Assembly (NCBI GenBank): GCA_046290465.1
Contig: JBKAGP010000001.1
Span: 3,712,001 to 3,776,000, forward strand
DNA length: 64,000 nt
Direction: 5' to 3'
DNA from: Planctomycetota bacterium
Lineage (GTDB): Bacteria; Planctomycetota; UBA1135; UBA2386
Position numbers and translations under genes: made by a program. The notes below the pieces were generated by a model, which worked only from the letters and a program-made list of their open reading frames with translations, was not told where the DNA came from and did not search any database. Below are positions 1-10,094 of the stretch, in pieces (positions within the stretch are counted from its first letter, which is position 1; every line of letters begins with the position of its first letter).

Positions 1-2
1 AG

Positions 3-404
3 TGCGCGTTCCTCGGCTCGTTCCTCGCCGCGTGCTCCGGCAACGCGGCCCACGCCGGCGAATCCGAAGCCGCGAAGGAGCTGCGCGAAGCCCGTCAGGC
101 GCTCGGCCGCTGGAGTGAGATGAAGGCGGAGCAGTTCGAGGACGCGACGCAGCGCCTGCTGCGTGCGACCGAAGCCCGCCTGACCGAACTGCGCAACCGC
201 GCCGCCAACTCCGAACTCGCCGACGACACCCGCGACGCGATCGCCAAGCTCGAGACCGAGAGCGAAGCACTGGGCGAGCGCCTGGTCGAGCTGAAGGACG
301 CGACCGGCGACCAGCTGCAGAAGGCGCGCAAGGCCGTGGTCGATGCCGCGGAAGCGGCCGCCGACCGGGTCGAGAAGGCCTGGAAGGCACTGACCGACGG
401 CTAA
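3..404 (+). CDS. Helical lipoprotein, 5' end outside window
   Basis: Frame of ORF 120..404 is open back to position 3 and reads ...FLGSFLAAC-SGN (lipobox-like), followed by Ala/Glu/Lys-rich coiled coil. Confidence 0.7.
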   Translation, partial: CAFLGSFLAACSGNAAHAGESEAAKELREARQALGRWSEMKAEQFEDATQRLLRATEARLTELRNRAANSELADDTRDAIAKLETESEALGERLVELKDATGDQLQKARKAVVDAAEAAADRVEKAWKALTDG

Positions 405-431
405 CGGCAGCAGATCCAGACCAGAACGCCG

Positions 432-1352
432 ATGACGATCGTGACGATGCCCGTGCAGGATGCCGCCGAGCAGACCGAGCTGCAGATCATCCTGCAGCGG
501 CTGCACGCGCTGTGGACCGAGACGTTGGCCGCCGCGCCGCGCCTCACCGTGGCGCTGGTGGCGCTGCTGCTCACCTGGCTGGTCGCGAGCGGCGGGGTTC
601 GCCTGCTGCGGCACTTCCTCGCGCGCACGTCGATGCGCAACTCGCTGCAGGACCTGCTGCGACAACTCGCCTACGCGGCGACCTGGATCCTCGGCCTGCT
701 GGTCGCGGCCAACATCGCGTTCCCGACGCTGACGCCGGGCAAGACGCTGACCGCGCTCGGCATCGGCTCGATCGCGATCGGGTTCGCCTTCAAGGACATC
801 TTCGAGAACTTCTTCGCGGGCGTGCTGATCCTGTGGCGCTTTCCGTTCGAGAACGGCGACTTCATCCGCTGCGGCGACCTGACCGGGCGCGTCGAGGAGA
901 CGACGATCCGGATGACGCTCGTGCGGCAGGTCGACGGGCGCCTGCTGGTCGTGCCGAACGCGCGCCTGTTCAAGGACCCGGTCGAGGTGCTCACCGCGGA
1001 GGAACTCGCCCGACTCGAACTGACCGTCGGCATCGCCTATGGCGAGAACATCGACGCGGCGCGCGAGGTGATCCTCGGCGCGGTCCGCGACCAGCCGACC
1101 GTCGCCGACAAGCGTCCGGTCGACGTGCAGGTCTGCGAGTTCAACGACAGCAGCGTCGACTTCCGCATCCTGTGCTGGACCGGCTCCGACCCGGCCGCCC
1201 GCCGCGACGCCACCGACCAGATCCTGACCGCGACCAAGGCCGCGCTGGACGAGGCCGGCATCGAGATCCCGTTCCCGTATCGGACGCTGACGCTCGGCCG
1301 CGACGAACCGCGACGCCTGGTCGAGGCGGTGACCGCCGCCAACGGCCGCTGA
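432..1352 (+). CDS. mscS: Small-conductance mechanosensitive channel (MscS family)
   Basis: Three TM segments, GIGSIAIGFAFKDIFENFFAG, PFENGDFI, VPNA and GIEIPFP motifs. Confidence 0.93.
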   Translation: MTIVTMPVQDAAEQTELQIILQRLHALWTETLAAAPRLTVALVALLLTWLVASGGVRLLRHFLARTSMRNSLQDLLRQLAYAATWILGLLVAANIAFPTLTPGKTLTALGIGSIAIGFAFKDIFENFFAGVLILWRFPFENGDFIRCGDLTGRVEETTIRMTLVRQVDGRLLVVPNARLFKDPVEVLTAEELARLELTVGIAYGENIDAAREVILGAVRDQPTVADKRPVDVQVCEFNDSSVDFRILCWTGSDPAARRDATDQILTATKAALDEAGIEIPFPYRTLTLGRDEPRRLVEAVTAANGR

Positions 1353-1383
1353 CCGGGCCGCGGCCGGGCGCTACGCTGCCGCG

Positions 1384-1659
1384 ATGGCCAGCGAGTTCGA
1401 GTGCCGCGTCGGCTGCGGCGCCTGCTGCATCGCCCCGTCGATCGCGACCCCGTTCTTCGGCATGCCCCACGGCAAGCGGGCCGGCGAACGCTGCGTGCAC
1501 CTCGACCCGGCCAACCTCTGCACCCTGTTCGGCAAGCCCGAGCGACCAGCATGGTGCAACGACCTGCGCCCATCCCAGGAGATGTGCCGCGACGACGACG
1601 AAGCCGCCATGCAGACCCTCGAACAGCTGGAGCGCGAAACCCGACCAACGAACGAGTGA
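1384..1659 (+). CDS. YkgJ/UPF0153 family cysteine cluster protein
   Basis: CRVGCGACC...C...C...RPAWC cysteine pattern. Confidence 0.9.
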   Translation: MASEFECRVGCGACCIAPSIATPFFGMPHGKRAGERCVHLDPANLCTLFGKPERPAWCNDLRPSQEMCRDDDEAAMQTLEQLERETRPTNE

Positions 1660-1668
1660 GCAGCCCTG

Positions 1669-1742
1669 GACACCGCATACCGAACCCGGTTCATCCTGCG
1701 CCACTTGTCGCGCAGGATGAACCGGGTTCGGTATGCGGTGTC
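1669..1742. repeat. Repeat family A, perfect 33-bp inverted pair (hairpin) between convergent genes; possible bidirectional terminator
   Basis: 1669-1701 is the exact reverse complement of 1710-1742, 8-nt loop; same sequence recurs at 19459 and 19575. Confidence 0.9.
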
Positions 1743-1756
1743 GGTGTCCGGGGTGG

Positions 1757-3115
1757 TCAGTGGAGCAGTTCGAGGCACATCGACTGCACGTCGGTTGCGG
1801 CGACGCGGTCGCGCGCCAGCGAACGGTCGCTGCACACGAAGACCGGTCCGGCGTCGGCGTCGTCGTAGAGGCGGCCGTGTGAGCCCATCACCTGTGAGGG
1901 ATCGGTCGGGATGACGTCCATCAGGTAGCGGAAGCCGAGCAGCTTCTTGGCGAGCACGCGCGCCACCTTGAGCTTGGGGAAGCGGATCTTCGGGTCGACG
2001 AACAGCTCGGCCGGGTCGTAGCCGGGCTTGCGGTGGATGTCGACGCAGGTCGCGAAGTCGGGGCGACGCGCCTCGTCGAGCCAGTAGTGGTAGGCAAACC
2101 AACAGCCCGGCTCGGCGACGCAGACCAGTTCGCCGCTGCGCTCGTGGTCGACGTGCAGCTCCTTCTGCTGTTCGCGATCGAGCACGCGGCCGACACCCGA
2201 CACCTGCTGCAGCAGCCCACGAACGTGCTCGACGTCGCCGGCATCGCGCACGTAGACGTGCGCGCACTGGTGGTCGGCGACGACGAACGCCCGGCTCGCG
2301 CCGCAGTCGAGCAGCTGGCCGTGCGAGGTCTCCTGCACGCGCAGCAGACCCTGTTCGTGCAGGACGCGGTTGAGGAACACCGGCTTGCTGGCCTTCTCGA
2401 TGCCGTACTCGGACAGCACCACGACCTGCGCCCCCCGACCGCGCGCATCGTCGATCAGGCGCTTGCACTGCACGTCCAGGTCCTGCACCGCCTGCACGCT
2501 GCGCGGATCGTCCGGCCCCCAACGCTGGTGGTCGTAGTCGAGGTGCGGCAGGTAGACGAGCATCAGGTCCGGATCGTGCCGGCGCGCGACCGAAAGCGAC
2601 GAAGACGCGATCCACTCACTCGACCGGATGCCGGCGCGCGGCCCCCAGAAGTCGAACAGCGGGAAGTCGCCGAGCTCCTGCTGCAACTCGCGGTGCAGGT
2701 CCTGCGGCTCGCTGTAGAGGCCGGGCTTCTTGAGGCCGTCGGCGTGGTATTCGGGCCGCGGCGTCACCGACCAGTCGGTGCGCGCATACATGTTCCACCA
2801 CCAGAACATCTTGGCGGTGCTCAGGCCGTGCCGGTCCCTGGCGATCTCGTAGAGCTTGTCGCCGCGGACGATCTGGTTGGGCTGCCGCCACAGCATCACC
2901 TGCGCGAGGTCGCGCCAGTACCAGCCGTTGGCGACAGCACCGTGGCCCGACGGCTGCAGCCCGGTCAGGAACGTCGCCTGCGCGGTGCACGTGACCGCGG
3001 GGAACACCGTGTCGAGCGGCGCGGCGAAGCCCTCTTCCCCGAGCGCTCGGATCGACGGCGCGTGGGCGAGGTCCTTCGGGCGTAGACCGACGGCGAGGAT
3101 GACGCAGAGCTTCAC
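1757..3115 (-). CDS. Alkaline phosphatase / nucleotide pyrophosphatase family protein (EboF-like)
   Basis: FPAVTCTAQAT nucleophile motif, YLPHLDY, SEYG, DIHRKPGYDP and GSHG motifs. Confidence 0.88.
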   Translation of the reverse strand: MKLCVILAVGLRPKDLAHAPSIRALGEEGFAAPLDTVFPAVTCTAQATFLTGLQPSGHGAVANGWYWRDLAQVMLWRQPNQIVRGDKLYEIARDRHGLSTAKMFWWWNMYARTDWSVTPRPEYHADGLKKPGLYSEPQDLHRELQQELGDFPLFDFWGPRAGIRSSEWIASSSLSVARRHDPDLMLVYLPHLDYDHQRWGPDDPRSVQAVQDLDVQCKRLIDDARGRGAQVVVLSEYGIEKASKPVFLNRVLHEQGLLRVQETSHGQLLDCGASRAFVVADHQCAHVYVRDAGDVEHVRGLLQQVSGVGRVLDREQQKELHVDHERSGELVCVAEPGCWFAYHYWLDEARRPDFATCVDIHRKPGYDPAELFVDPKIRFPKLKVARVLAKKLLGFRYLMDVIPTDPSQVMGSHGRLYDDADAGPVFVCSDRSLARDRVAATDVQSMCLELLH

Positions 3116-3180
3116 GGACGCAGCGTCGCGCGGGTGCTCGCCGCGGTCAACTCGCGCTGCCGCCTATCGCGCCGCTGCCG

Positions 3181-6100
3181 CTATCGGCGCAGGGTGACCT
3201 GCGACTCCTTGCCGGTCAGTTCGTGCGTCGTCACGTGCCCGTCCGGCCAGCGCACCTCGAGCGAACCCACCACGCCGGGGAACGACAGCGCGGCGGTCGA
3301 CTGGGTCAGGTAGCCGTCGCCGGCCACGACCTCGCGCACCCGCGTCCGCCCCTCCGCGCCGGTCCAGACGACCTTGGCGCCGATCCCGGTCGGGTTGCCC
3401 TTCGGCCCCGCCAACCGCACGCGGAGGAAGCCGTTGTGCGACGACGCCATCGGGACCCAGGCGGAACTGTGGTGGTCGTCGTTGCGAACGTGCAAGACAT
3501 TGAGGTCGCCGCCGTCGTCGCACCAGCGAAGCAGGCCGCGGTGGTCCCCAGCGCGCGCGTCGAGGATCTGCTGATCGACACACACGCCTGCCCGGAAGGT
3601 CATCCACGCGCCGAGGCCACCGTCGGTCCTGCCGGTCTCCGGCTCCGGCGAGAAGAAGTTGTGCGCGATCTGGAGGAAGATGCTGTCCGGACTCGCCTCG
3701 GTCGCGAGCACGCCGAAGCCGGTCGAGATCTGCGCGCGGCGCGGCAACGCGTGCATCCGGAACGTGCCGTCGTCGTTCTCGAACCAGACGTGCCGCAGTT
3801 CGTTGCACGACAGCGCCAGGCACTCGTCGAGCTTGTCGCCGTAGATGTCGCCGAGCGTGGCCTTCGCAAACTGGTCGAACGTCGGGAACTTCTTGCGAAC
3901 GAACGGCATCGCCTGGCTGCTGCAGCTGAGCCCGCGCACCGGCAGCGTCCGGTCGCCCGAGTGCTTGGCCTCGACGACGTCCATCGTGCCGTTGCCGTCG
4001 AAGTCCGTCGCGAAGATCTCCATCGGCTTGCTCGCGCTGGCCTTGTACTTCGTGTTGAGGCCGAGGTTGCTCACCACCAGGTCGAAGTCCCCGTCGTGAT
4101 CGAGGTCGGCCGAGAGGATGCCGTTCCACAGCCCGCGCACGCCTGCAAGGCCGACCTGCTCGGTGCGGTCGACGAGGCGCTCACCACCATCGTTGCGCAG
4201 CACGCGCACCGGCTGCCACTGCGCGGCCACCACCAGGTCGACGAAACCGTCGTCGTCGAGGTCGCTCCAGCACGCGCTCGAGACCATGCCGAGCAGGCGG
4301 CACTGCGGTGCGACCTCGTCGGTCGCGTCGACGAACCGGCCGCCCTCGTTGCGCAACAGCATGCTCGGCGGCGCCTGCGGGAACCGTCCGGGGATCTGGC
4401 GCCCGCCGACGAACAGGTCGACATCACCGTCCCGGTCGAAGTCCGCCGCCGCGACGCAGCTCGCGCTGGTCCGCACGTCCGGGATCACGCCGTCTGCCGC
4501 GCGCGTGAAGCCACCCGCACCGTCGTTGACGTAGAGGCGATCGCGCAGCAGCGAGGTGTCGTCCCCGCATTCGTTGCTGCCGCTCGCGACATAGAGGTCG
4601 AGGTCGCCGTCGCCGTCGAAATCGACGAACACAGCGCCCATGTCCTCGTAGCGCGCGTCCTCCTGCCACGGCCCGGCGATGCGTTCGATCTCGACGTCCC
4701 GGCTCAGCCCCTTCAGCAACGAGCCGGCCTGCCCGGCCGCGCCGCCGAGCCAGATCGCGTCACCCTGGCCGCCGAGCCGGGCGGCCGCGGCGCCAGGGCC
4801 GAGCCGCGACAGCCGGTGCGGCAGCAGCGGCTGCGCCGCGAAGTCGTCGAACTCCGCTTCGACGTGGCGCACGTCCTCGAACTCGTCGTTGAGGCTGCCG
4901 ACCACCCGTTCGGGCTTGGTCGCCGCCTTGGGCGCGTGCGTCTGCCGCACGACCACGCGGTGGTCGACCGGCACGTTCACCACCAGCTGCGACGTCCCGT
5001 TGGGCCAGCGAACGCGCAGCTCGTCGACCTTCGCCGCGTCACCGAGACCGAAGTGCTCCACCGCCTCACCGGCGCTCATGTAGCCGCGCGTCAGCGACAC
5101 CTGGCGAACGTGCGTCGCGCCGCCGGCGACGACCTCGATCCGGGCGCCGACGCCGTGCGTGTTGCCGTCGGCCCCGCGCAGCTCGACCAACAGCCGATGC
5201 GTGCCCGACGTGCGGTTCTCGAACACGCTGGCCTCGGCGTTGAGGTTGTTGGTCACGATGTCGAGGTCGCCGTCGCGGTCGAGGTCGACGACCACCGCGC
5301 CGTGCGTGACGCCGGACTCGTCGAGCCCCCAGGCCACGCCGATGTCCTCGAACTTCAGGTCGCCGACGTTGCGGCGCGCGATGTTCTTCTCGTCGACGCG
5401 CGGCATGTTGCGCATCACGTCGAGCGCGGCCTGGTAGCGCTGGTCCTGCCACAGCGCCTTGACGCGATCGCCGATGTCCGGATTGTCGGCGAACACCGGG
5501 ATGCCGTTGGTCGCGTAGAAGTCTTGTCGCCCGTCCTCGTCGAGGTCCGCGAACCGCACCGTCCAGGTCCAGTCGGTGCTCGCCAGGCCAGCCATGTGCG
5601 CGCACTCGAGGAACCGCTCGGTGCCGGTGTTCACGTACAGCGCGTTGCGCATGTACTGCTGCGGGTCGCTGTTCATCAAGAACCAGCGGTGCTGGTCCAT
5701 GTGCCCCATCAGCATCTTGCCCATGTAGTGGGTCGTGCTCGACATGTCGGCGACGCACAGGTCCATGCGTCCGTCGTGGTCGATGTCGGCGAAGTCACAG
5801 CCCATGCCGAAGAACGCCGTGTGCGGCAGGCGGCTGGTCACGTCCTCGAACGTGCCGTCGCCACGGTTGCGCCACATCAGGTCCGGCGACTGGAAGTCGT
5901 TGGCGACGTAGAGGTCCTGGTAGCCGTCGTCGTCGAAGTCCCACCAGACGACCGACAGCCCGTTGCCGTGGTCCTCGAGGCCGGTCTCGGCGGTCACGTC
6001 GACGAACGTCGCGTAGCCGTCGTTGCGGAACAGCCGGTCCTGCTGCCCCGCCATGAACGTGCGGCCGTCCAGCTCGAACGTCATCTCGGGCGCGAGCAGC

Positions 6101-6813
6101 TCGCCCTTGCCCTTCTGGATAGCGGCTGGCGGCGTCGTCTCCTGCACGATCTCGCGCGCCAGCGTCGGCCGGAACACCCGGTTGGTCAGCAGGTAGAGAT
6201 CGAGGTCGCCGTCGTTGTCGTAGTCCGCGAACGCCGCGCCGGTCGACGCGAACGTCGCGCCGAGCCCGAACATGCCCGCCTTCTCGACGAACGTGCCGTC
6301 GCCGTTGTTGACGAACAGCAGGTTGGGCGACTCGAGGTTGCAGACGTAGAGGTCGAGGTCGCCGTCGCCGTCGACGTCGGCGAACGTCGCCGCCGTCCCC
6401 CACGCGTCGCCACCGTCGAGCCCAGTGCCGGCGAGCCCCGTGCCGGCGGTCGCCGTCACGTCCTCGAACTGCAGCGGCGCCGTCTGGCGGAACAGCTTGT
6501 TGGCGCCGTCCTGCGACACCAGGTAGACGTCGGGCAGGCCGTCGCCGTCGTAGTCGCCGACCGTCAGGCCGGCGCCCATGTAGACGTAGGCGACCGTGTT
6601 CTCGCGGCGCAGCTCGTTGCGGAACGACAGGCCCGTCGCGGCCGGATCGAGTCGGGAGAATCGCGTGCCGTCGACGACTGGCCGCTTCGCCAGCGGGGTC
6701 ATCGTGACCAGATCCTTCGCCTGCCCGGACCCGTTCGACGGCGCAGGCTCCTTCGAACACCCGACCATCGACCCAACGACCGCCAACACCACCAGCAACG
6801 CCGCGCGCGACAT
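3181..6813 (-). CDS. FG-GAP/VCBS repeat lipoprotein with two ASPIC/UnbV-like domains (CRTAC1-like)
   Basis: Many DxDGDGxxDL repeats; GVGARIEV...EHFGLG and GIGAKV...GYLTQ segments; start moved to MSRAALL..VGC signal. Confidence 0.9.
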   Translation of the reverse strand: MSRAALLVVLAVVGSMVGCSKEPAPSNGSGQAKDLVTMTPLAKRPVVDGTRFSRLDPAATGLSFRNELRRENTVAYVYMGAGLTVGDYDGDGLPDVYLVSQDGANKLFRQTAPLQFEDVTATAGTGLAGTGLDGGDAWGTAATFADVDGDGDLDLYVCNLESPNLLFVNNGDGTFVEKAGMFGLGATFASTGAAFADYDNDGDLDLYLLTNRVFRPTLAREIVQETTPPAAIQKGKGELLAPEMTFELDGRTFMAGQQDRLFRNDGYATFVDVTAETGLEDHGNGLSVVWWDFDDDGYQDLYVANDFQSPDLMWRNRGDGTFEDVTSRLPHTAFFGMGCDFADIDHDGRMDLCVADMSSTTHYMGKMLMGHMDQHRWFLMNSDPQQYMRNALYVNTGTERFLECAHMAGLASTDWTWTVRFADLDEDGRQDFYATNGIPVFADNPDIGDRVKALWQDQRYQAALDVMRNMPRVDEKNIARRNVGDLKFEDIGVAWGLDESGVTHGAVVVDLDRDGDLDIVTNNLNAEASVFENRTSGTHRLLVELRGADGNTHGVGARIEVVAGGATHVRQVSLTRGYMSAGEAVEHFGLGDAAKVDELRVRWPNGTSQLVVNVPVDHRVVVRQTHAPKAATKPERVVGSLNDEFEDVRHVEAEFDDFAAQPLLPHRLSRLGPGAAAARLGGQGDAIWLGGAAGQAGSLLKGLSRDVEIERIAGPWQEDARYEDMGAVFVDFDGDGDLDLYVASGSNECGDDTSLLRDRLYVNDGAGGFTRAADGVIPDVRTSASCVAAADFDRDGDVDLFVGGRQIPGRFPQAPPSMLLRNEGGRFVDATDEVAPQCRLLGMVSSACWSDLDDDGFVDLVVAAQWQPVRVLRNDGGERLVDRTEQVGLAGVRGLWNGILSADLDHDGDFDLVVSNLGLNTKYKASASKPMEIFATDFDGNGTMDVVEAKHSGDRTLPVRGLSCSSQAMPFVRKKFPTFDQFAKATLGDIYGDKLDECLALSCNELRHVWFENDDGTFRMHALPRRAQISTGFGVLATEASPDSIFLQIAHNFFSPEPETGRTDGGLGAWMTFRAGVCVDQQILDARAGDHRGLLRWCDDGGDLNVLHVRNDDHHSSAWVPMASSHNGFLRVRLAGPKGNPTGIGAKVVWTGAEGRTRVREVVAGDGYLTQSTAALSFPGVVGSLEVRWPDGHVTTHELTGKESQVTLRR

Positions 6814-6937
6814 GCCCCGATCATCCCTGGCCGAAGCGGGCCTGAACAGGGCCTTCACGCGGGCCGCATCGGCGCCGCCGATCATTCCACGGTCCCGCCT
6901 TTTCAGACCCCGCGACGCGTCGTAGTGTCGCCCCCGC

Positions 6938-8296
6938 ATGACGTCCGAGGAGCCCAACGAAAAGACCCTCCCGCCGCCGTGGGACCGCATCTTCTCGCTC
7001 GCGACCCGCACGTTCGTCTGGGCGCTGCTGATCTCGGTGCTCTACATCCTGCGGCCGTTCCTGCTGCTGGTCTTCCTGACGTTCGTGTTCGCCTACATCC
7101 AGGCGCACGGCGTCGAGGGCCTGGCGCATCGGATCAAGCACCGCGCGCTGCGCGTCGTGATCGTCGGCCTGGTGTTCCTCGGCACCCTGTTCGCGACCGG
7201 GTTCACGTTGCTGCCGCAGGTCCAGGAGCAGGCCAAGCAGTTCTTCAACAACAAGGACGTCTACATCGCGGACGCGGACAAGCAGCTCAACTCGTTCCTG
7301 TCCGAGTATCCGTCGATCTACGAGTCGCTGGCCAAGCAGAAGAAGGCGCTGGCCGAGGCCGGCGCCAACGCCGCCGGCGAGCAGCCGGCCAAGCCCGGCG
7401 AGACCGTGCTGCCGCCGGAGGAACCGGAGGTCGCTCCGGGCGAGGGGACCGTCCCGTCCGAGAAGGATGGCGACGAGCCGTCCGTCGGGGAGTCGGGCCC
7501 AGGTGCCCGGAAGAACGGAGACGGCCAGAACGGGGACGGCCAGAACGGGGACGGGCCGCCAGGAGAAGGGCAGGACGGCCAGCAGACCGAGGGCGACGAG
7601 CCCGTGAAGAAGGTCCTGCCCAACCTGCACCTGGTCCGCGACCTGGTCGACAACGTCGGCAAGTCGCTCGCCGAGAACCCGCTCGAGATCGGCCAGTCGG
7701 TGCTGACGTTCGCGTCGTCGTTCCTGCTGTCGCTGCTGTTCTCGTTCCTGATCGTGCTCGACCTGCGCAAGATCACGCGCGGCGTGAAGGGCCTGGCCAA
7801 CACCAAGATCGGCTTCATCTACGACGAGGTCGCCGACAACATCGCCGGCTTCGGCCGCGTGCTCGGCCGCGCGCTCGAGGCACAGCTGTTCATCGCGGTC
7901 TGCAACACGATCCTGACCGCGGTCTGCATCTGGATGATGGGCATCCCCAACCTGCTGGTGCTGTCCACGATCGTGTTCTTCTGCAGTTTCATCCCGGTCG
8001 TCGGCACGTTCATCAGCTCGACGCCGATCGCGCTGCTGGCGCTACAGGGCGGCGGCGTGTCCGCGATGCTGCTGGTGATCGTGCTGATCGTGGTCGTGCA
8101 CCTGGTCGAGACCTACGTGCTCAACCCGCAGATCTACGGCCACCACATGCACATGAACCCGGTGCTGGTGCTGATCGTGCTGACCATCGGCGGCAAGCTG
8201 TTCGGGATCTGGGGCCTGATCCTCGGCATCCCGATCGTCAACTACGTGTTCCGCCACGCGATCCGACACCCGGCAGAGAAACCCGCCGAGACCTGA
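6938..8296 (+). CDS. AI-2E (PerM/TqsA) family transporter with acidic low-complexity insert
   Basis: Multi-TM; FIPVVG, ETYVLNPQIYG, MNPVLVL and GIWGLILGIP motifs. Confidence 0.9.
   Translation: MTSEEPNEKTLPPPWDRIFSLATRTFVWALLISVLYILRPFLLLVFLTFVFAYIQAHGVEGLAHRIKHRALRVVIVGLVFLGTLFATGFTLLPQVQEQAKQFFNNKDVYIADADKQLNSFLSEYPSIYESLAKQKKALAEAGANAAGEQPAKPGETVLPPEEPEVAPGEGTVPSEKDGDEPSVGESGPGARKNGDGQNGDGQNGDGPPGEGQDGQQTEGDEPVKKVLPNLHLVRDLVDNVGKSLAENPLEIGQSVLTFASSFLLSLLFSFLIVLDLRKITRGVKGLANTKIGFIYDEVADNIAGFGRVLGRALEAQLFIAVCNTILTAVCIWMMGIPNLLVLSTIVFFCSFIPVVGTFISSTPIALLALQGGGVSAMLLVIVLIVVVHLVETYVLNPQIYGHHMHMNPVLVLIVLTIGGKLFGIWGLILGIPIVNYVFRHAIRHPAEKPAET
7512..7556 (+). repeat. In-frame 15-bp tandem repeat x3 (NGDGQ)
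   Basis: AGAACGGRGACGGCC unit repeated three times. Confidence 0.8.
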
Positions 8297-8313
8297 GCGC
8301 GAGGCGGCCGCGC

Positions 8314-9921
8314 TCAGAGGTCGTCGTCGTCGACGACCGCGACCATCTTCTCGGCCTCGATGGCGACCTGGGCCTGCGCCTCGGGCTCGAGCCGGAAGTG
8401 CTCGACGAGCTGCAGCAGCACCGCCGAGCTGTCCGACGTCTGCGACGCCGTCGAGGCCAGCTGCTCGGCACCGGCCGCGCCGGACTGGACCCCGACGTCG
8501 AAGTCGGCGAGCCGGCCGTTGAGGCCCTGCAGGTCGCCGACCTGACGCTCGGCGATCTCGCTGATCGTCTCGAGATGCCCGTCGACCTGCTCGACCGCCG
8601 CCATGACCTCCTGCAGCGTCGCCGCCAGCGAGTCCGCCATGTTGAGGCCGGCCTGTGCACGTTCGTGCGAACGCACGATGATCGCCGACGAGTTGCGCGC
8701 CGACTCGGCGCTGCGCTGCGCCAGGTTGCGCACCTCTTCGGCGACGACCGCGAAGCCCTTGCCGGCCTCGCCGGCGCGAGCCGCCTCGACGGCCGCGTTG
8801 AGCGCCAGCAGGTTGGTCTGGAAGGCGATGTCGTCGATCACCGTGGCGACCTTCTGCGCCTCGGCGCTGGCCTCCCCGATCTCCTGCATCGCCTTGCTGA
8901 GGTCCTGCATCTGGGTCCAGCTCGACGACGTCTTCTCGCGCGAGTCGGCCGCCAGGTTGCGGGCACTCGCGGTGCCCTCGACCGTCCGGGTCATCTCGCC
9001 GCTGACGGCGTCGAGCCGCTGCGCCAGTTCGCTGATGTTGCGCGCCTGCCCCACCGAGCCGTCTGCGATCAGCGAACTGCTCTGCTTCAGCGACTCGCTC
9101 TGCTGCTCCATCTCGCGGGCGGAGCCGACCACGGTCTGCAGCGACGAACGGAACTCGCGGGCGAGCCCGTTGATGGCACCTGCCAGCACGCCGATCTCGT
9201 CCTTGGTGCGCACCGGGATCTCGACGCAGAGGTTCTTCGACTGGCTGATCATCCGGACCTGCTCGACGACCTCGACGATCGGCTTGACGAACCGCCGAGA
9301 GAACAACGCGGCGTAGCCGAGCATCAGCACCAGCGCGATGCCGAACACGATGAAGCCAGCGCGCGTCGGCAGGTCGCGCACCGCGCGCTCGACCTCGGAC
9401 GCCGTCTGGATCTCGGTGTTCATCTTGACCGCGAGCTTCGACAGCGCCTCGGTCAGCCCGCCGAGCGCGTCCTCGGCGAACATCGAGTGCTCCTCGATGC
9501 CCTCCGCATCCGCCGCGGCGATCGACTTGGCGCAGGCATCGACCTCGGGGTCGACCTCGGCCCGCTTCGCCACGACGTCGGCGCGGAACTCGGCGATGCC
9601 TTCGAGGTTCTCGGGAGCGTCGAGCACCGTGCCGACCTGACCCCACAGCTCATCGAGGTAGACGCGCGCGACCTCGAACTTCGACGCCGGCTTGTCGGCC
9701 TCCGGGATCTCGAGCAGCGCCGCACGCGCGGCGATCAGCGACTCGTTCGCTCGCTGGCTGGCCTGGCTGACCGTCACGGCATTGTCGAGCCAGACGGCCG
9801 CCTTCGTCATGCGACCGATGTAGTGCTCCGTGGTGAGCAGCTGCACCAGTTGGAACAGCAGCGCAGCCGCGAACGCCACGAATAGCTTGGAACGGATCTT
9901 CAACCTGGGCCTCTCTTGCAC
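8314..9921 (-). CDS. Methyl-accepting chemotaxis protein
   Basis: Two TM helices, HAMP ([11 protein letters not shown]), signalling hairpin [37 protein letters not shown]. Confidence 0.96.
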   Translation of the reverse strand: MQERPRLKIRSKLFVAFAAALLFQLVQLLTTEHYIGRMTKAAVWLDNAVTVSQASQRANESLIAARAALLEIPEADKPASKFEVARVYLDELWGQVGTVLDAPENLEGIAEFRADVVAKRAEVDPEVDACAKSIAAADAEGIEEHSMFAEDALGGLTEALSKLAVKMNTEIQTASEVERAVRDLPTRAGFIVFGIALVLMLGYAALFSRRFVKPIVEVVEQVRMISQSKNLCVEIPVRTKDEIGVLAGAINGLAREFRSSLQTVVGSAREMEQQSESLKQSSSLIADGSVGQARNISELAQRLDAVSGEMTRTVEGTASARNLAADSREKTSSSWTQMQDLSKAMQEIGEASAEAQKVATVIDDIAFQTNLLALNAAVEAARAGEAGKGFAVVAEEVRNLAQRSAESARNSSAIIVRSHERAQAGLNMADSLAATLQEVMAAVEQVDGHLETISEIAERQVGDLQGLNGRLADFDVGVQSGAAGAEQLASTASQTSDSSAVLLQLVEHFRLEPEAQAQVAIEAEKMVAVVDDDDL

Positions 9922-10007
9922 CGCTCATCGACCGCGTGCGACTGCCAGCTGTCCCCGAGTCGCGACCGCGCCTTGCCGCGGTCGCTTCGGGTTCGTCCGG
10001 AGACGCG

Positions 10008-10094
10008 CTAGCGGGCAAAGCCCCGTCCGCACGCGTACTCGCCGCTTCCGCGATCACGGTCGGCAGCGCGTCCACTACATGGACGCGCTCCTAG
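10008..10094 (-). repeat. Repeat family B copy 1 (87 bp, CTAG at both ends; MITE/REP-like)
   Basis: Near-identical reverse complement of 20720-20806; internal AGCGCGTCCA-N5-TGGACGCGCT hairpin. Confidence 0.85.

Noticed and set aside
3223..9885. 2220-aa plus-strand ORF and other long shadow ORFs (e.g. 22586-26425, 58424-61513, 20782-23142)
   Set aside because: Antisense or alternate-frame artefacts of high GC overlapping well-supported genes
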